DNA of 64,000 nucleotides, from contig NW_005201092.1 in the NCBI RefSeq assembly GCF_000372725.1, positions 470,564 through 534,563 of the forward strand. Direction: 5' to 3'. This stretch comes from Emiliania huxleyi CCMP1516. Lineage: Eukaryota. A program made the position numbers and the translations under genes. The notes below the pieces were generated by a model. The model was not told where the DNA came from. It worked only from the letters and a program-made list of their open reading frames with translations, and ran no database searches. Position 1 is the stretch's first letter. Each line of letters begins with the position of its first letter. Shown here piece by piece: positions 47,303-59,938 of the stretch.

Positions 47303-50300
47303 TCACACCAGTGGCCGCAGCGCGGGGTCCCTCTGCGCCAGCAGCTCCTTTTGGTCGCGCGAGAGGCGGCCCGAGGGCATCATGCGCATCACACTCAGCC
47401 GCCCGCTCACGCGCGCGATCACCTCGGGCGTGTGCTTTCTGCAGCAGACGCGGCAGCAACTCGTGCAGCAAGAGACGCACCCCCAAAGCGCGAGGCCGAC
47501 CCACCTATGAAGAGGGTCCGGCCGGGCTCGGAGGAGGCTCCCAGAGGTCCGCCCAGAACACACGCCAAACTCACGCGAGCAGAGCGGCGGCGAGCAAAGC
47601 GACGCCCGTCGGCGAGACGTACCTATAGGAAGGCTCCGAGCAGGTTCAGGAAGGCTCCGGCAGCGCGACGCTGGTGGGGCGAGGCGCTCCCGCAAGGAGG
47701 GACCGGGTCCGGGTTCAGGTGCTCGGCGCGAGGCAAGTCCTACGCTGCGTGCCGTGGACATGTCGTGGACGCGTCTGCGGACGTGTCCCACAGCCCCTCG
47801 GCACGCAGAGAGCCGTGATGGGCGGCAGCGGCAGCAGGCCGTGGCCCGCGCCGACGGGCGTTCCTGTTGAGGGGCACGGGGGAGCATGACTGGGCATGCC
47901 CTTTGACCGCAGCCTGGGACGGGTGTGGAGAGCGCTTCCAGCCGTGGAGCAGGAAGTGTCTCGGAAGTGTCTCGGAAGAGTCCGGCACCGGCGCGGAGCT
48001 GCTCGAGCGATGGAGCGCCAGGGGCGGAGGGGTACCACTTTCGCACGTTCGGGAAGGCGTAGGACGAGTGGAACTCGCCTATGCGACGGCTCCAAGAGGG
48101 CTCGCGGAAGGATCTCAGAAGGGTCACGGAAGGGTCGCGGAAGGGTCACGGAAGGGTCACAAGAAAGTGAGGCGGGGGGGGGGCGTTCGCCCCACCCCTC
48201 AGCGAGTCCCAGCGAGTCCCGGCTAGGCTCCCTCGCCTTTCTCGTTCGGCCGCTCCTCGACGGCCACCGTGAAGTCCCACTGCGGCGACGGCCCAACCGT
48301 GTCCCACTTGTCTGTACCCGACGGCTTTTTGCCGGTGATGCCCCATTCGGCCATGCCTGCTCACGCCAGACGGCGTGAAGAGACGCCGTTCGCCACGCCG
48401 CTGCATGCTTGGCCGCTGCATTGGCCACGCCCGCGCCTCCATCCACGATCTCGGCTGATCTCGGCTCCTCTCGGCTGTCTCTCGGCTGCTCTCGGCTGCT
48501 CTCGGCTGCTCTCGGCTCCTCTCGGCTCCTCTCGGCTGCCTCTCGGCTGCTCTCGGCTGCTCTCGGCTGCCTCTCGGCTGTCTCTCGGCTGTCTCTCGGC
48601 TGTCTCTCGGCTGCCTCTCGGCTGCTCTCGGCTGCTCTCGGCTGCCTCTCGGCTGTCTCTCGGCTGTCTCTCGGCTGTCTCTCGGCTGCCTCTCGGCTGC
48701 TCTCGGCTGCTCTCGGCTGTCTCTCGGCTGCTCTCGGCTGCTCTCGGCTGCTCTCGGCTGCCTCTCGGCTGTCTCTCGGCTGTCTCTCGGCTGTCTCTCG
48801 GCTGTCTCTCGGCTGCCTCTCGGCTGCTCTCGGCTGCTCTCGGCTGCTCTCGGCTGTCTCTCGGCTCCTCTCGCCCGCGTCCCCGTCCATGACATACGTC
48901 CAAAAGTACGAGCCGAGCGAGGAGTTGTACGAGGTAAGCTGCGCGTCCACGTACCCCTGCTTCACCTTTTGGCCCCACCGGTCCACCGCGAGCGCCCACT
49001 CGCCAACCACCGCCGGGTGGTGGTAGGCGTGCTGCATCAGCCGGCACCCGAACGCGCGCGCCGCGTCCTCCACCATCGAGTCGGGCGAGTCGCCGTTGAA
49101 GCCGTCGAAGGCCGTGTACATGTGGTAGTCGGTGACGACGTTGTAGTAGCGCGGCTCGCGCAGCTGGCCGGCCCACGCCCAAAAGTCGAACCAGTACAGC
49201 ACGCAAAACACGACCGCGACGTCGGGCCGGTGGGAGCGGATGATGGCGTACGCCGCCTGCGGTGAGCAATGGCGAATGAGCAGCACGGAGTGAGTAGCGG
49301 CGGATCGTGGCGGTCGATGCCTCGTAGTACTGTAGGAGCATCGGCCGCATCTCGTCCTCGAGGGGGGCCGTGGAGAGGTCGCCTGCGATAGGAGAGAGGG
49401 TAAGTGTGGTGTGAATGGGAGAGGTGTGAATGGGAGAGGTGTGAATGGGAGAGGTGTGAATAGGAGAGGTGTCCTGCAGGAGGAGTGCTCGCGATCAGTG
49501 CTCGCGATCCCACACCGCGCCACGCCGCTGTGCGCTGCGGCATGTCCGCAGCGGGGCGGTGGAGAAGCCGCCCACGCCGCTGCTCTCTGCGACTCTCGGG
49601 CGTCTCGCGGCTGCATCGCTGCCGCATCTCGGCCGCATCGCTGCCGCATCTCGGCTACGTCTCTCCGGGCTCGTTGAGCAGCTCGACGCCCCACAGCGCG
49701 TCGTGGTCGCCGAAGCGCTCCATCAGGGCCGAGATGACCAGCAGCGAGTTGTTGACTGAGTGCTCGTGCCACTCCGCAACCCCGTGGCAGCCGGAGTGGT
49801 CCTTTCCATTCTGCCCGCCCGGCCCGCCGTGCAAGTCCAGCAGCACAGACATGCGCCGATGTGCCGCCCAATCGAGCGCCTGGCCGATCGCCGCCATCGA
49901 CACCTCGGGCGACGGCGCAAAGGACGTCCACGCCTTGGACGTGCCCGGGTCGGGCAGCTCCGACGCGTGCAGCACGTTCCACCACCCGAGCGGCACCCGC
50001 ACGGTGTTGACGCCGTGCGACGCCATCCAGTCGAAGTCGGCCTCCGTCACGAAAGTCGACAGGTGCTCCTCCATCACGCGGCTGCTCTTTGCGGCGCCTG
50101 TTCACAGCTTGCAGGCGTGAAGAGACGCTGTCCACAGCTCCTCCATCACGCGGCTGCTCTTTGCGGCGCCTGTTCACAGCTTGCAGGCGTGAAGAGACGC
50201 TGTCCACAGCTCCTCCATCACGCGGCTGCTCTTTGCGGCGCCTGTTCACAGCTTGCAGGCGTGAAGAGACGCTGTCCACAGCTCCTCCATCACGCGGCTG

Positions 50301-52512
50301 CTCTTTGCGGCGCCGACGCGCTCGGTGTACTCGCAGAGCGACTCGTTCGTCACGACCGCGTAATCGTGCTCCGGGATCAGCCACGACCCGAGGTTGACGC
50401 CTAACTCCACTCATCCATCCCTACTCAAGAAGCGTCGTCGTGCTCCGGGATCAGCCACGATCCCGAGAGTTGACGAGCCCTTGAGCGACTCCACCGCCTC
50501 CACCGCAAACTCGGCGGGCCTCAAGCTGCCCGGCTCCGGCTCGCCAGCATAGTCCGCCACGCGGAGGGCGCCTAATCATAGAGTCATAATCATATCACTT
50601 TTATCATAATACATATAAATAGTCCGCCACGCGGAGGGGCGCCTACACGCAGCGAGTGGAACTGGCCGACAGCGGACCACTCGAGCCCTAGTCCGAGCCG
50701 TGCGCGGGGGCGCCCGTCTCCGGGTCGATGACAATAAACCGCGCCCCTCCCATCCAGTCGTCCGCGCCGTCGACGCCAAGCCGGCCGGGCGCGCGCAGCC
50801 GCACTCTCGCGAGCTCGACGCCGCTGACCCCGCGGCGCGGCCCGTCTGGCGGAGGGCCAGGCGGCAGCATCTCTGCGCGCAGCGCCGTCGCGTCGCTAGA
50901 CCGGAAGGTGCGCGCAGACAGCGCGCCGACGTAGACGCCTGTGGCCGACAGAGCGAGCCGAGTCGCCAGATAGTTGCTCACGGGACGGGAGGGGCGGCTC
51001 GAGCCGAAGGGGCGGGCTCCGTGCGCAAAATCGCTCCAGGTCGCGTTCCACGAGAAGAGGTAGTCGAGGAAGGTCGAGCGCCTTCGGGAAGGTTCCGAGA
51101 AGGCTCCGGGAAGGCTCCAGCAGAAGAGGCGCTCTACGGTGGAGCGCCAAGAGACGGCGACGAAACCGCCGCCTTGACTCGCCCGGTTGAGCAACTCCCA
51201 CCGCGTGTCGTCGGCGCCCTGCAGCCGCCCCTTCTTGGCGAGCTTCGAGACGGACTGCCACAGCGAGCTCGAGAAGAGGTGCTCCTGTGCAAGTACGAAA
51301 GGGTGTGAAGACGAGACGGCCGTCAGCACGACGGCTCGAGATGCTGGCCTCTCCTATAGCAGAAAACACTTGTCGATGAGAGAAAGAACGCCGTGACTGC
51401 GAGAGCTGGAGACCGCCGTGCTTCTCCTTCTTCTCGGGCTCCGCCCCCCCCTCCCGCACGCTGTGGTGGAGGAGCGTCTTGCGGGCGTCGTACAGCTCGA
51501 ACGCACCGCCGTGTAGCCAGGGGACCTGCGCGTAGCAACGGCCAACTACTCAGGAATGGGCAGCAAGGGGCAGACCGCCTCCCCGGTGCAGGGGGCCGGC
51601 TGGTCCGCGATCAGCTCGCCGGGCTGCACGCTGCCTATCACTTCATTCACCACGAGTGACTGATCCATGCTGACACTGACTGCACCCGCCGCAAGAGTGC
51701 ACGCTGCCGAGCTTGCCCAGGTTGCGGCTGTGCGCCCTCTTCTCGGGCTCCTCCTCGTGCGTCACCACGCGCACCTACAGCCAACGGCTCCCGGAGAGCT
51801 CGTAGACAGCTCCAGCCCTCCTCCTCGCACGCCCTCGCGCGCGCACATAGTGGCCGCTCTGCACGTCGCGCAGAAACACGCGCCGGCCGGAGGCGCGGCG
51901 CGGCGCGCCGACCGACGAGGCGGGCCACTGGCCGCGCCTCACGGCGGAGTAGAGGTCGAAGAGCTGCATCCCGTACTGCCATCGCTGCACGAACTCCAGC
52001 TGCGTCGCCGTCCACGACTTCCCCTTTTCGACGATGTGCTGCACGTACTGGTTGGAGCGGCGCCCAAATCCGCTCACCCCGCCGCGCGGAGTGGCGAAGA
52101 GAAAGCCAATCCCGAGGAGCGACATGAAGAGGATGAGCAGCCGGAACTTTCGAAACCGCCCGCGTCGCACCACCCGTGCTTGCCGCTCCTGCCCCGCCTC
52201 GTCCTGCTGCAGAAAGGTTGTCGGCTGCCTGCCGCGAGCCGCGGACGGGCCGCCCGCGTCCAGATCGCGCGCGGCGAGCGAATGGCGCGTGGTCTGAGCG
52301 CGCACAACCGGTGGCTGCACCGCCTCTCCTCGCACGGTCCTCCGCGTATTCTCCCAGTGATCGCTGTCGTTGACGGCCGGGACGTACCCGGTGGAGGCGC
52401 CGGGCTCGCGCCAGGACCGCGACCGGCGCATCCGGGCACCCTCGGACGCCGACGGGCCATCGGTGCCGAGGACGGACCGCCGCCGAGCCTCCCACGCCTC
52501 GCTGTCATTCAT
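47303..52512 (-). CDS. GH5 exo-1,3-beta-glucanase-like enzyme with probable N-terminal TM anchor; many introns, both ends uncertain
   Basis: VNLGSWLIPE, TFVTEADF, NTVRVPLGWW, LLDLHGGPGGQNGKDHSG, ELLNEP, DYHMY, VVGEW, YFWTY; linkage of exons 50450-52512 is inferred. Confidence 0.8.
48460..48870. repeat. Intronic 10-12-bp minisatellite (CTCGGCTGCT variants)
   Basis: Direct reading; related arrays at 17445-17530 and 59530-59650. Confidence 0.92.
50066..50314. repeat. 72-bp tandem repeat, three units plus 33 bp
   Basis: Units start at 50066, 50138, 50210 and 50282. Confidence 0.92.
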
Positions 52513-52591
52513 CGCGAGCGATCGAGAGACAACGAAGCAGCTGCACAAGGGTGGCCGGCCGTCGGGCGCAAGAAGAATTTTGATTCGGACT

Positions 52592-52686
52592 CTCGGAGAC
52601 CCGTGTTTACTTTAAGGCCCTTGCCCTGCGAACGCGCGCCCCCCCCTGGATGTGCGGTTAATGACTGCACTCCAAGTGCTCCAAGT
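52592..52686 (+). repeat. Dispersed repeat family A, internally deleted copy
   Basis: Matches both ends of 26390-26562. Confidence 0.8.
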
Positions 52687-53079
52687 CTTAGCACGATTCG
52701 CGCGACAGGCAAGGCACGGGCGAGGGCCAAGAAAACATTTCCCTCTTTCTTCTGTAAAACTGTTTTTAAGACGGACCAAACCCTAAAAAAAGTCAAAGAC
52801 CGGTATCAATGCTGTAATGGCGTGACCGTGAGGGGGGGAATGCTGTTAGCCGCCTCACCTTGCTCCTGCCACCGCGCAGTACTCGAGCAACTCCGAAGGT
52901 TCAGGAGAGCGCGGGCTCGAGAGCGCGGGCAGGGCGCTGAGTGCACATATGTCAAGGTAAGCTGTGTGCCTCGCAAGCTGAGTGGCCAGACGACGCCCAG
53001 CGCGAGCAAAAGTCGAGCAAGGCCCGCGAGGGCGAAGGCGTCCTTCGCGTGTGCTGGCCGACCGGAGGACGGCGGCTCC

Positions 53080-53592
53080 TCAGTCGTCGAGCTCGACCCC
53101 CTCCCGCTTGAGAATGGCCGCCGCCTGCCCAAACACATCCGCGGCGTTCGCGTGCTCCTCGCTCGAGCCCAGGTCCGCCTTTGTGAGCTCCTGCGGCGGC
53201 GGGCGGGGCGTCGCAGGGCTCAGGCGCGCGCCCCCGCGGCGGGGCTCTCCCGCCGCGCGCCACGACAGAGTCGAGCTCGAGCGCAAAGTCCTTGAGCCGG
53301 CACAGCTCGTCTGCCCGGCCGGCCACCATCTCGGCGAGCACCTCCTCCTGCGACGGACGGGCGGGCGCGCCGGGGGCTCGGCATCGGCCGCGGTGCGGCG
53401 CTGCGCCACGCGCCGCGGCCTGTGCGCCTGCTTCGCCACGTCGTGCTCGTCCTTCTCCGGGTCGCTCCTCACCTTCCCGATCCGCTCCTTCTGCCCCTCA
53501 ATTTCCCTGTCCGACGCCACCCGGTCCTTCATGAGACGCGAGACGGCACTCGTCTTGATCTTGAGCTGCTTGACCGCGTCGGCGCCCGCCAT
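53080..53592 (-). CDS. TBCA: Tubulin-specific chaperone A, 3 exons
   Basis: KQLKIKTSAVSRLMKD, DEHDVAKQ|EEVLAE, RLKDF. Confidence 0.8.
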   Translation of the reverse strand: MAGADAVKQLKIKTSAVSRLMKDRVASDREIEGQKERIGKVRSDPEKDEHDVAKQAHRPRRVAQRRTAADAEPPARPPVRRRRRCSPRWWPAGQTSCAGSRTLRSSSTLSWRAAGEPRRGGARLSPATPRPPPQELTKADLGSSEEHANAADVFGQAAAILKREGVELDD

Positions 53593-54465
53593 TTTGGCCA
53601 CTCTCCCAGACAGACCTCGCCGTGCTGCCCGCCAGTCGCCCGGGAGGGACGAGGCCGCGACGCTGCCCGTTTTGGCCGTTGGAAAAAGAATTCTTAAAAC
53701 ACAAGGCACTCTCACAGCACACTGGCACGACAAGGGCGCGGACTGGCGCGGACTGGAAAAAGAATGAAGATTGAGTTGTGACTGACACCCGTCAGCCGTC
53801 TTCCGTTCTAGGTACGTCCGAATGCTGCCCGCGCTAAACCTACGAACATGAGAGGGCTGCATCCCCGCTTAAGGCTGATTGGCTAGACGAGCGGCCTACC
53901 TCCACGGGGCTGTTGGCGCAGGGGGAGGTGTCAATCACGCTCCCGGGACGCCGGAGAGATCGGGTTGGTCTCCCCCGCCTTCAGCCCTGACCCGACGGGG
54001 ACGCCATCACCCTCGCCCAGGGATCTACATGCTGTCTCAAGGTCCGACAGGTTCGGCACCGGGCACCGCCTCGGTATACAAAATGCGCCTGCGGGCGGAC
54101 CCTCACAGATCACAGATCACAGACACTGGTGCGCGATAACTTTTTCTCCTCGCTCGCAGTCCGCAGTCTTGCTGTGCGGCATGCACGGGTTGCAGCAGCA
54201 CGCACGGCGTGTCATACAAAAGGGCTCGAAGCTTACCCTCTGAGCGTCCATAGCATGCTTGAGCACTTTAAGAACTGGATATCACTGTGCCCATTTCGAG
54301 GCTTCATCTCTAAGAAAACGAAAAATGAAAAAAAATGGACTGCCAGAACTTGGCGCTTGCGGCTTGTGGGGGGGGGGGGGGGACCGATACCGCTCGTGCC
54401 GAAACTATGTCAAACAAACGCGGGATTGAAACTTGCGTCGCACACACGCAATCTCTTGGTCTCAG

Positions 54466-55007
<542 letters not shown>

Positions 55008-56049
55008 GTCTCACAGTGTTTGCCGCTTCGCGCGCCGAGGCTGTAGGCTCGCCGACCCGACCTCCGGGACACTCCAGGAGTTCTGTTTTTATATTTACCA
55101 AAAAGAGGGCTATTGCAATACACCGCGGCGCCCTCTACGCTGGGGTGCCGGCGCCCTACTGGGTGCCCCCCGCTCCCTTCCCCTTAGAGCCCCCCATCCC
55201 GCTAACATCCCCCCGCGGTCCCTCGCGGCCGCGCGGCGCCGCTCCGTTTTCGAACTTATCCTTTCGCGCCGCCTCCTTCCATCTCTCAAACGAGACTGGA
55301 ACGAGAGCCATAGCCCACAGCTGCCTGCACCGCTGACGGCCGGCAAGCTGCTGAGCAGCCGCAGTTGCCCCGTCGGCATTCACCGTTCAAAGGGTTCGGA
55401 CAAGGCGGGCCGCCAGTGACGCCTAACTTGTCAGCGCACGTCAACATAGCATCGCAACTGGTCAAGCCGGCCCCTCCGTACCCCAGAAAGTCTCCAATCC
55501 CCTGGCACGCTGCTCCGAAGGTGCCAAGGGTCATCTCGATGACGCCCGTAAAGGGACCAAACAGTGGCGGCGGCTCTTCTTCCTTCTCAGTGCCAGCCTC
55601 AGCCGCAAGACTCACCGGAGCCACACGGCTGCTGATCGCCACGAAAAAAAGACCGCCGCGCCTGAGGGCGGGAGGGTGAGTAGTTACGGCAAAATCACAG
55701 CAGTTGTGGCGTGCGGCCGGGTCGGGCACTCTAAGGGGCACCGAGGACGGCAGTCATCAGCATCCTCTGCACAGTGCTGCGACGGCCAGCAGTGCTGCCC
55801 ATGGTCACAACTACCCCGGCGGGGTTGATCATGGCTCTCGGGCTGATCGCCGCCCCAATTTGTTGTACTTTGGTCGCTTGGTCGCAGTGCACGCCACAAA
55901 AGCCGGCGCTGTCCGCTGTGTCCACACATTCGGTCTAATGCGACCAAAAAGACGGATAGAAAGGGTGTTTTTCTCCACTCTCGGGAGGACGCGGCGGGGT
56001 GAGTAGTTGTCTTGAGCCCTTACTGACTGACTGGCTGGATACTAGTTAG

Positions 56050-56264
56050 TAGGGTCGATCGAACGAACGATTCCGTCCGCATGCATACGGGCCCCCTCGA
56101 TCGTTCGTTCGATTCGCCCTCCCTCACTGTGGTGTGTTCATTCGGGGGTGTCATAACATACACGGTATCGGATCGAGGTGCACGCGCCGCCGTGAAGCGG
56201 TGTCGTCCCCCCTCTCCATCATCTCACTCACTGGGAGACGTCGGCGGTGGTGGCGGTGTGACCG
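56050..56264 (+). repeat. Dispersed repeat family B with a 5' hairpin
   Basis: Similar to 22427-22635; ATCGAACGAACGAT...ATCGTTCGTTCGAT inverted repeat. Confidence 0.8.
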
Positions 56265-56967
56265 TGTGATTCAGCACGATCCGACGATCCGGGTGGGCTT
56301 TTTGTGTGTGTCTCCATCTCTTTGCGAGGCACAAATCTCTAGGTCTAGCGCATGGTTCGACTGATCCCTGTCCGAGTCCGTAGTTACAGCTTCGCGCGCA
56401 GGCCGCCGCAGGCGTCGCGCGCCGTCCTCTCATCAGTCTCACTCGGCTCGCCCACCTTAGGGCTTGTTCGTACATGAGAGGCGTGTGCGCGCGCCGCAGT
56501 GTTATTCAAACCCGAACCCTTTCTCGGACTTTGATGGATAAACGCGAAACACAGTCCGACCAACGACTGGGACACCACCGCGGCAAACAACAACTCTACT
56601 CTGCAACGCGGTATGGGTGGACGCGGGACGGGCGGTGACGGTCACACAGGAGCGACACACAGACCACAAGACAATATATTCAGGCAACGGGGCTGCCACA
56701 CACATCCTGAGCGAACTTCCCAAGTCACCCGGGGGGCGCGTGCCAAGATGAAAAAGAGCTGGGGGAATTCCGGCGGAGACTAGTACTCCAGTCGTGGTCC
56801 CATTCAGACGGACCTGCGCTCCCTCGTGTGCCTGCCGGGTTCTCTCCTGCTTTCTGGCGCATCCCACCATCCACCCCATGCGCCACCTGTGTCCTGTTTG
56901 CTTGTTTTGTGTGCCGCCACGCCCGAGGCCCTTCCGGGTTCCGGCCTCTGCGTGCGGCGATTCTTAC

Positions 56968-57867
56968 ATGAGGCCCTCAATAGATCAACTCTCCTCTCTC
57001 CATGTGAAGGGAGCGAACCTGGCTGACGGCAAAACAGCTGGGAAACAACCGCAAGATATGAGCGTCACCACATGCTGGCAGCGCAACGAGCAAGTGCTCG
57101 CTGCGGCGCGTACAGACATGTGGCCCGCCGGTACCCACAAGCTCGGGGTACACTTCCGCAACGGGGTTACATGGAACTGCAGGGAAATTGACCGGCGCAT
57201 AGCAGCCGGTGAGTACACCGCATCGCAGTGCCTCTCTCGTCTGACCGACGGGATGCCCAACCATCACGGGCCTGACAACGGGCCTGGGCGCCTAACGCTC
57301 GCCACGAAGTGGAAGAACTTCGGCGGGTTTCCAGCTGCAGACGTCGATCGCCACGTCGACGCGTTGCGCGAGCACGTGGCGATCCAAGTCGCTCAGAAGA
57401 TCGGGCTACTGCAGCGCGGCGCCAGCCACAGCGCTCAGGGTGGCGATGCTGCGAGCGCCTCTCCGGAGCGCAAACGCCCGCGAGCTGGTGCGGCCGAATG
57501 CACGGCAGCGCCCGTTTCCAACAAGCAAGCACGAGCGGCGAGCGGCTCAGAGTTTTCGTGCGGGGTGCGCCTCACAGGCCGCCCAGGGGACCCGATCCCG
57601 GGCGGACGCGTTCTGAGCAGGCAGATCTTCGTCACCAAGACCAAATCCATTCACCAGAACCAGCAGTCGCAACTCAGCAAGATACGAGCCGGCGAGCTCT
57701 CGATCGAGTATGCCCTTCTGTGCATGCGAGATGGCGGGCCACTGCGCCGAAACTGGAACGCCGGCAGCAACCCAAGTGTTCGTCGCCACATTGACGAGCT
57801 GTGCGCATTCCTGTCTGATATCAAGCAGCGCGCCATGGAAGGCACCTACGGCGGCGGCGCCGCTTGA
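56968..57867 (+). CDS. Unknown protein with two copies of an internal motif
   Basis: Open frame of about 300 aa in a lower-GC region; basic PERKRPR linker. Confidence 0.5.
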   Translation: MRPSIDQLSSLHVKGANLADGKTAGKQPQDMSVTTCWQRNEQVLAAARTDMWPAGTHKLGVHFRNGVTWNCREIDRRIAAGEYTASQCLSRLTDGMPNHHGPDNGPGRLTLATKWKNFGGFPAADVDRHVDALREHVAIQVAQKIGLLQRGASHSAQGGDAASASPERKRPRAGAAECTAAPVSNKQARAASGSEFSCGVRLTGRPGDPIPGGRVLSRQIFVTKTKSIHQNQQSQLSKIRAGELSIEYALLCMRDGGPLRRNWNAGSNPSVRRHIDELCAFLSDIKQRAMEGTYGGGAA

Positions 57868-58402
57868 AGGGTCTCGGTTGACAGAGGCGGCTTGTGCGTT
57901 GTGGGTTGTCGGTTGTGCACACCCGTGTCGCCTCGCTTCGGTATGAAGTGTCTCAACGGACAAGGCAGCTCCGGCGGTTACACATGTGCGTTCGTACGTT
58001 TATCTCTATAAATGGAGGAAGATGTAGGAATCGCACACCTCGAGGTGCGCGTCGCGTGGTGCAGGCGTGGTGTTGTGGAGCCTGACGCGGAGTGACGTGT
58101 TGGATGTTGCGGTGAGACACAGACGCCCAGACAGCTCAGTAGTGCTGGCGGCGAACCACTCTTGCTCGGTCGCGAGACCGAGAGTGCCTAGGAGAGTGCA
58201 TGGAATAGAGTTGTTGTTTGGAATAGTGCTTCGCTAACCCTGCTCGCAGGAGTCGCTTAGGCGGCTCTGCGCATGTGTACCTGGAAACGTGGCCGTGCTC
58301 GCCTTCCTTTTGGAAAGGAGACATCCCAAGCTAGGCCTGGGGGAGGGTGGTATTTTACGGTCGAACTTTTTTCTTTTTTCACAGGCGCTTTGTGTTGTGT
58401 AT

Positions 58403-59938
58403 ATGTCCGCAGCCTTGGTCGACGCCGCCCCGATCGACGCCGCCTCACTCTGGCCTGAGCTCGACCGCACGTGCGCGTATATCAACGCCGCCTCGCGCAC
58501 TCCGCTCCCCGCCTGCGTCCTCGCGGCGGGAGAGGCGGCGGTGCGCAGGAAGGCGGCGACGCCGTGGGACATCGGCGACACCGAGGCTCAGAAGGAGGAG
58601 GTGCGGACACTGTTCGGCGAGCTGCTCGGCGGCGGCGTCTCCAGCCGCGACGTGGCGGTCCTCCCGAGCTGCTCCTTTGCGATGAGCGTCGCGGCGCACA
58701 ACTTGCGCGGCGCGATGCGGGCGAGGCCGGCGGGCCGGAGGCGGGTGCTGGTGCTCGAGGACCAGAACCCGTCCAACGTGATGCAGTGGCAGGCGCTGTG
58801 CGACGACGAGGGCGGCGAGCTCCTCGCGCTCCCTCGCCCCGCCGACGGCGACTGGGCGAGTGCGCTCGTCGCGCAAGTCGACAGCGGTTCGGTCGCCGTG
58901 GCCGCGCTGCCGCCATGCCATTGGTGCGACGGCGCGGTGGTCGACCTGGCGGTGGTCGGGGCGGCGTGCAGCGCGCGCGGCGTGCCGCTCGTCGTCGACG
59001 CGACGCAGTGGCTCGGCGCGGCGGCGCCCCTCGAGCCGGCGAGGATCGGCGCCTGCTTTGTCGCGTGCAGCGTGCACAAGTGGCTGCTCGGCCCGTACGG
59101 GGCGTGCCTCTGCTACGCGGAGCCCTCGTTCTGGCGGGCTTTGGCCGGAGGCGCGGCCTGCTCCCGCCTCTTGCTTCATGTCGCACTCTCTTCTCCTCAA
59201 GGCGGGGCGCGCGGCCGCTCGACCACCACGACCGGAACAGAGAGGGCGCGCAGCATGTGGAGTGCCTTCCGATGGGCCCGCGCGGCTACCCGACCGCCTT
59301 CCAGCCCGGCGCCAGGAGGCTCGAGGGCGGCGGCCGGGAGCCCGAACCGGCAGCGACTGCATTCTCCACTCCTCAGGCGCCAGGAGGCTCGAGGGCGGCG
59401 GCCGGCCTTCGTACATCGTGATGCCCATGCTGGTCGCGGCGCTGCGCCTCGTCGCGCAGCAGCTGACCACGAGGCGGATCGCTGCGCGGCTCGGCGAGAT
59501 GACCAGCCTCGTCGCAGCGCAGGCGAGAGATGCGGCCGAGAGGCGGCCGAGAGAGGCGGCCGAGAGGCGGCCGAGAGGCGGCCGAGGAGATGCGGGCCGA
59601 GAAGAGGTGGCCGGGAGGAGAGCTCGCCGAGAGCTCGCCGAGACGTGGCCGAGGGCTCGGCGCGGGTGACGAGGCTCGCCTCGGCGCAGGCGGCGGCGCT
59701 TGGCTTCGAGGTGCCGCCGCGCCACGCGCCGGGCATCGTCGGCCTCCGGACGGGCGCCGGCATGCCGCCGGCTGCGGAGCTCGTCCGACGGCTCGCCGCG
59801 CTCAAGCCTCGGCCGGTGCTCGTGTCGGAGCGGCTCGGTGTGATTCGCGTCTCGCCGCACCTGTACAACACGCCGGACGATTTGCGCTGCCTGCTCGACG
59901 GGCTACGCGAGGCAGTCCGGCCGGCGAGTCGACTGTGA
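58403..59938 (+). CDS. Class V PLP-dependent aminotransferase/lyase (cysteine desulfurase/kynureninase/EgtE-like)
   Basis: YINAAS, VVDATQ, SVHKWLLGPYG, RVSPHLYNT; about 3 introns. Confidence 0.88.
   Translation: MSAALVDAAPIDAASLWPELDRTCAYINAASRTPLPACVLAAGEAAVRRKAATPWDIGDTEAQKEEVRTLFGELLGGGVSSRDVAVLPSCSFAMSVAAHNLRGAMRARPAGRRRVLVLEDQNPSNVMQWQALCDDEGGELLALPRPADGDWASALVAQVDSGSVAVAALPPCHWCDGAVVDLAVVGAACSARGVPLVVDATQWLGAAAPLEPARIGACFVACSVHKWLLGPYGACLCYAEPSFWRALAGGAACSRLLLHVALSSPQGGARGRSTTTTGTERARSMWSAFRWARAATRPPSSPAPGGSRAAAGSPNRQRLHSPLLRRQEARGRRPAFVHRDAHAGRGAAPRRAAADHEADRCAARRDDQPRRSAGERCGREAAERGGREAAERRPRRCGPRRGGREESSPRARRDVAEGSARVTRLASAQAAALGFEVPPRHAPGIVGLRTGAGMPPAAELVRRLAALKPRPVLVSERLGVIRVSPHLYNTPDDLRCLLDGLREAVRPASRL

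Noticed and set aside
50066..50314. CRISPR-like repeat/spacer appearance
   Set aside because: The spacers are identical, so it is a plain tandem repeat; eukaryotic context and no cas genes
47715..50414. 899-aa ORF as a single protein
   Set aside because: It reads through introns and a minisatellite; GH5 motifs lie in different frames
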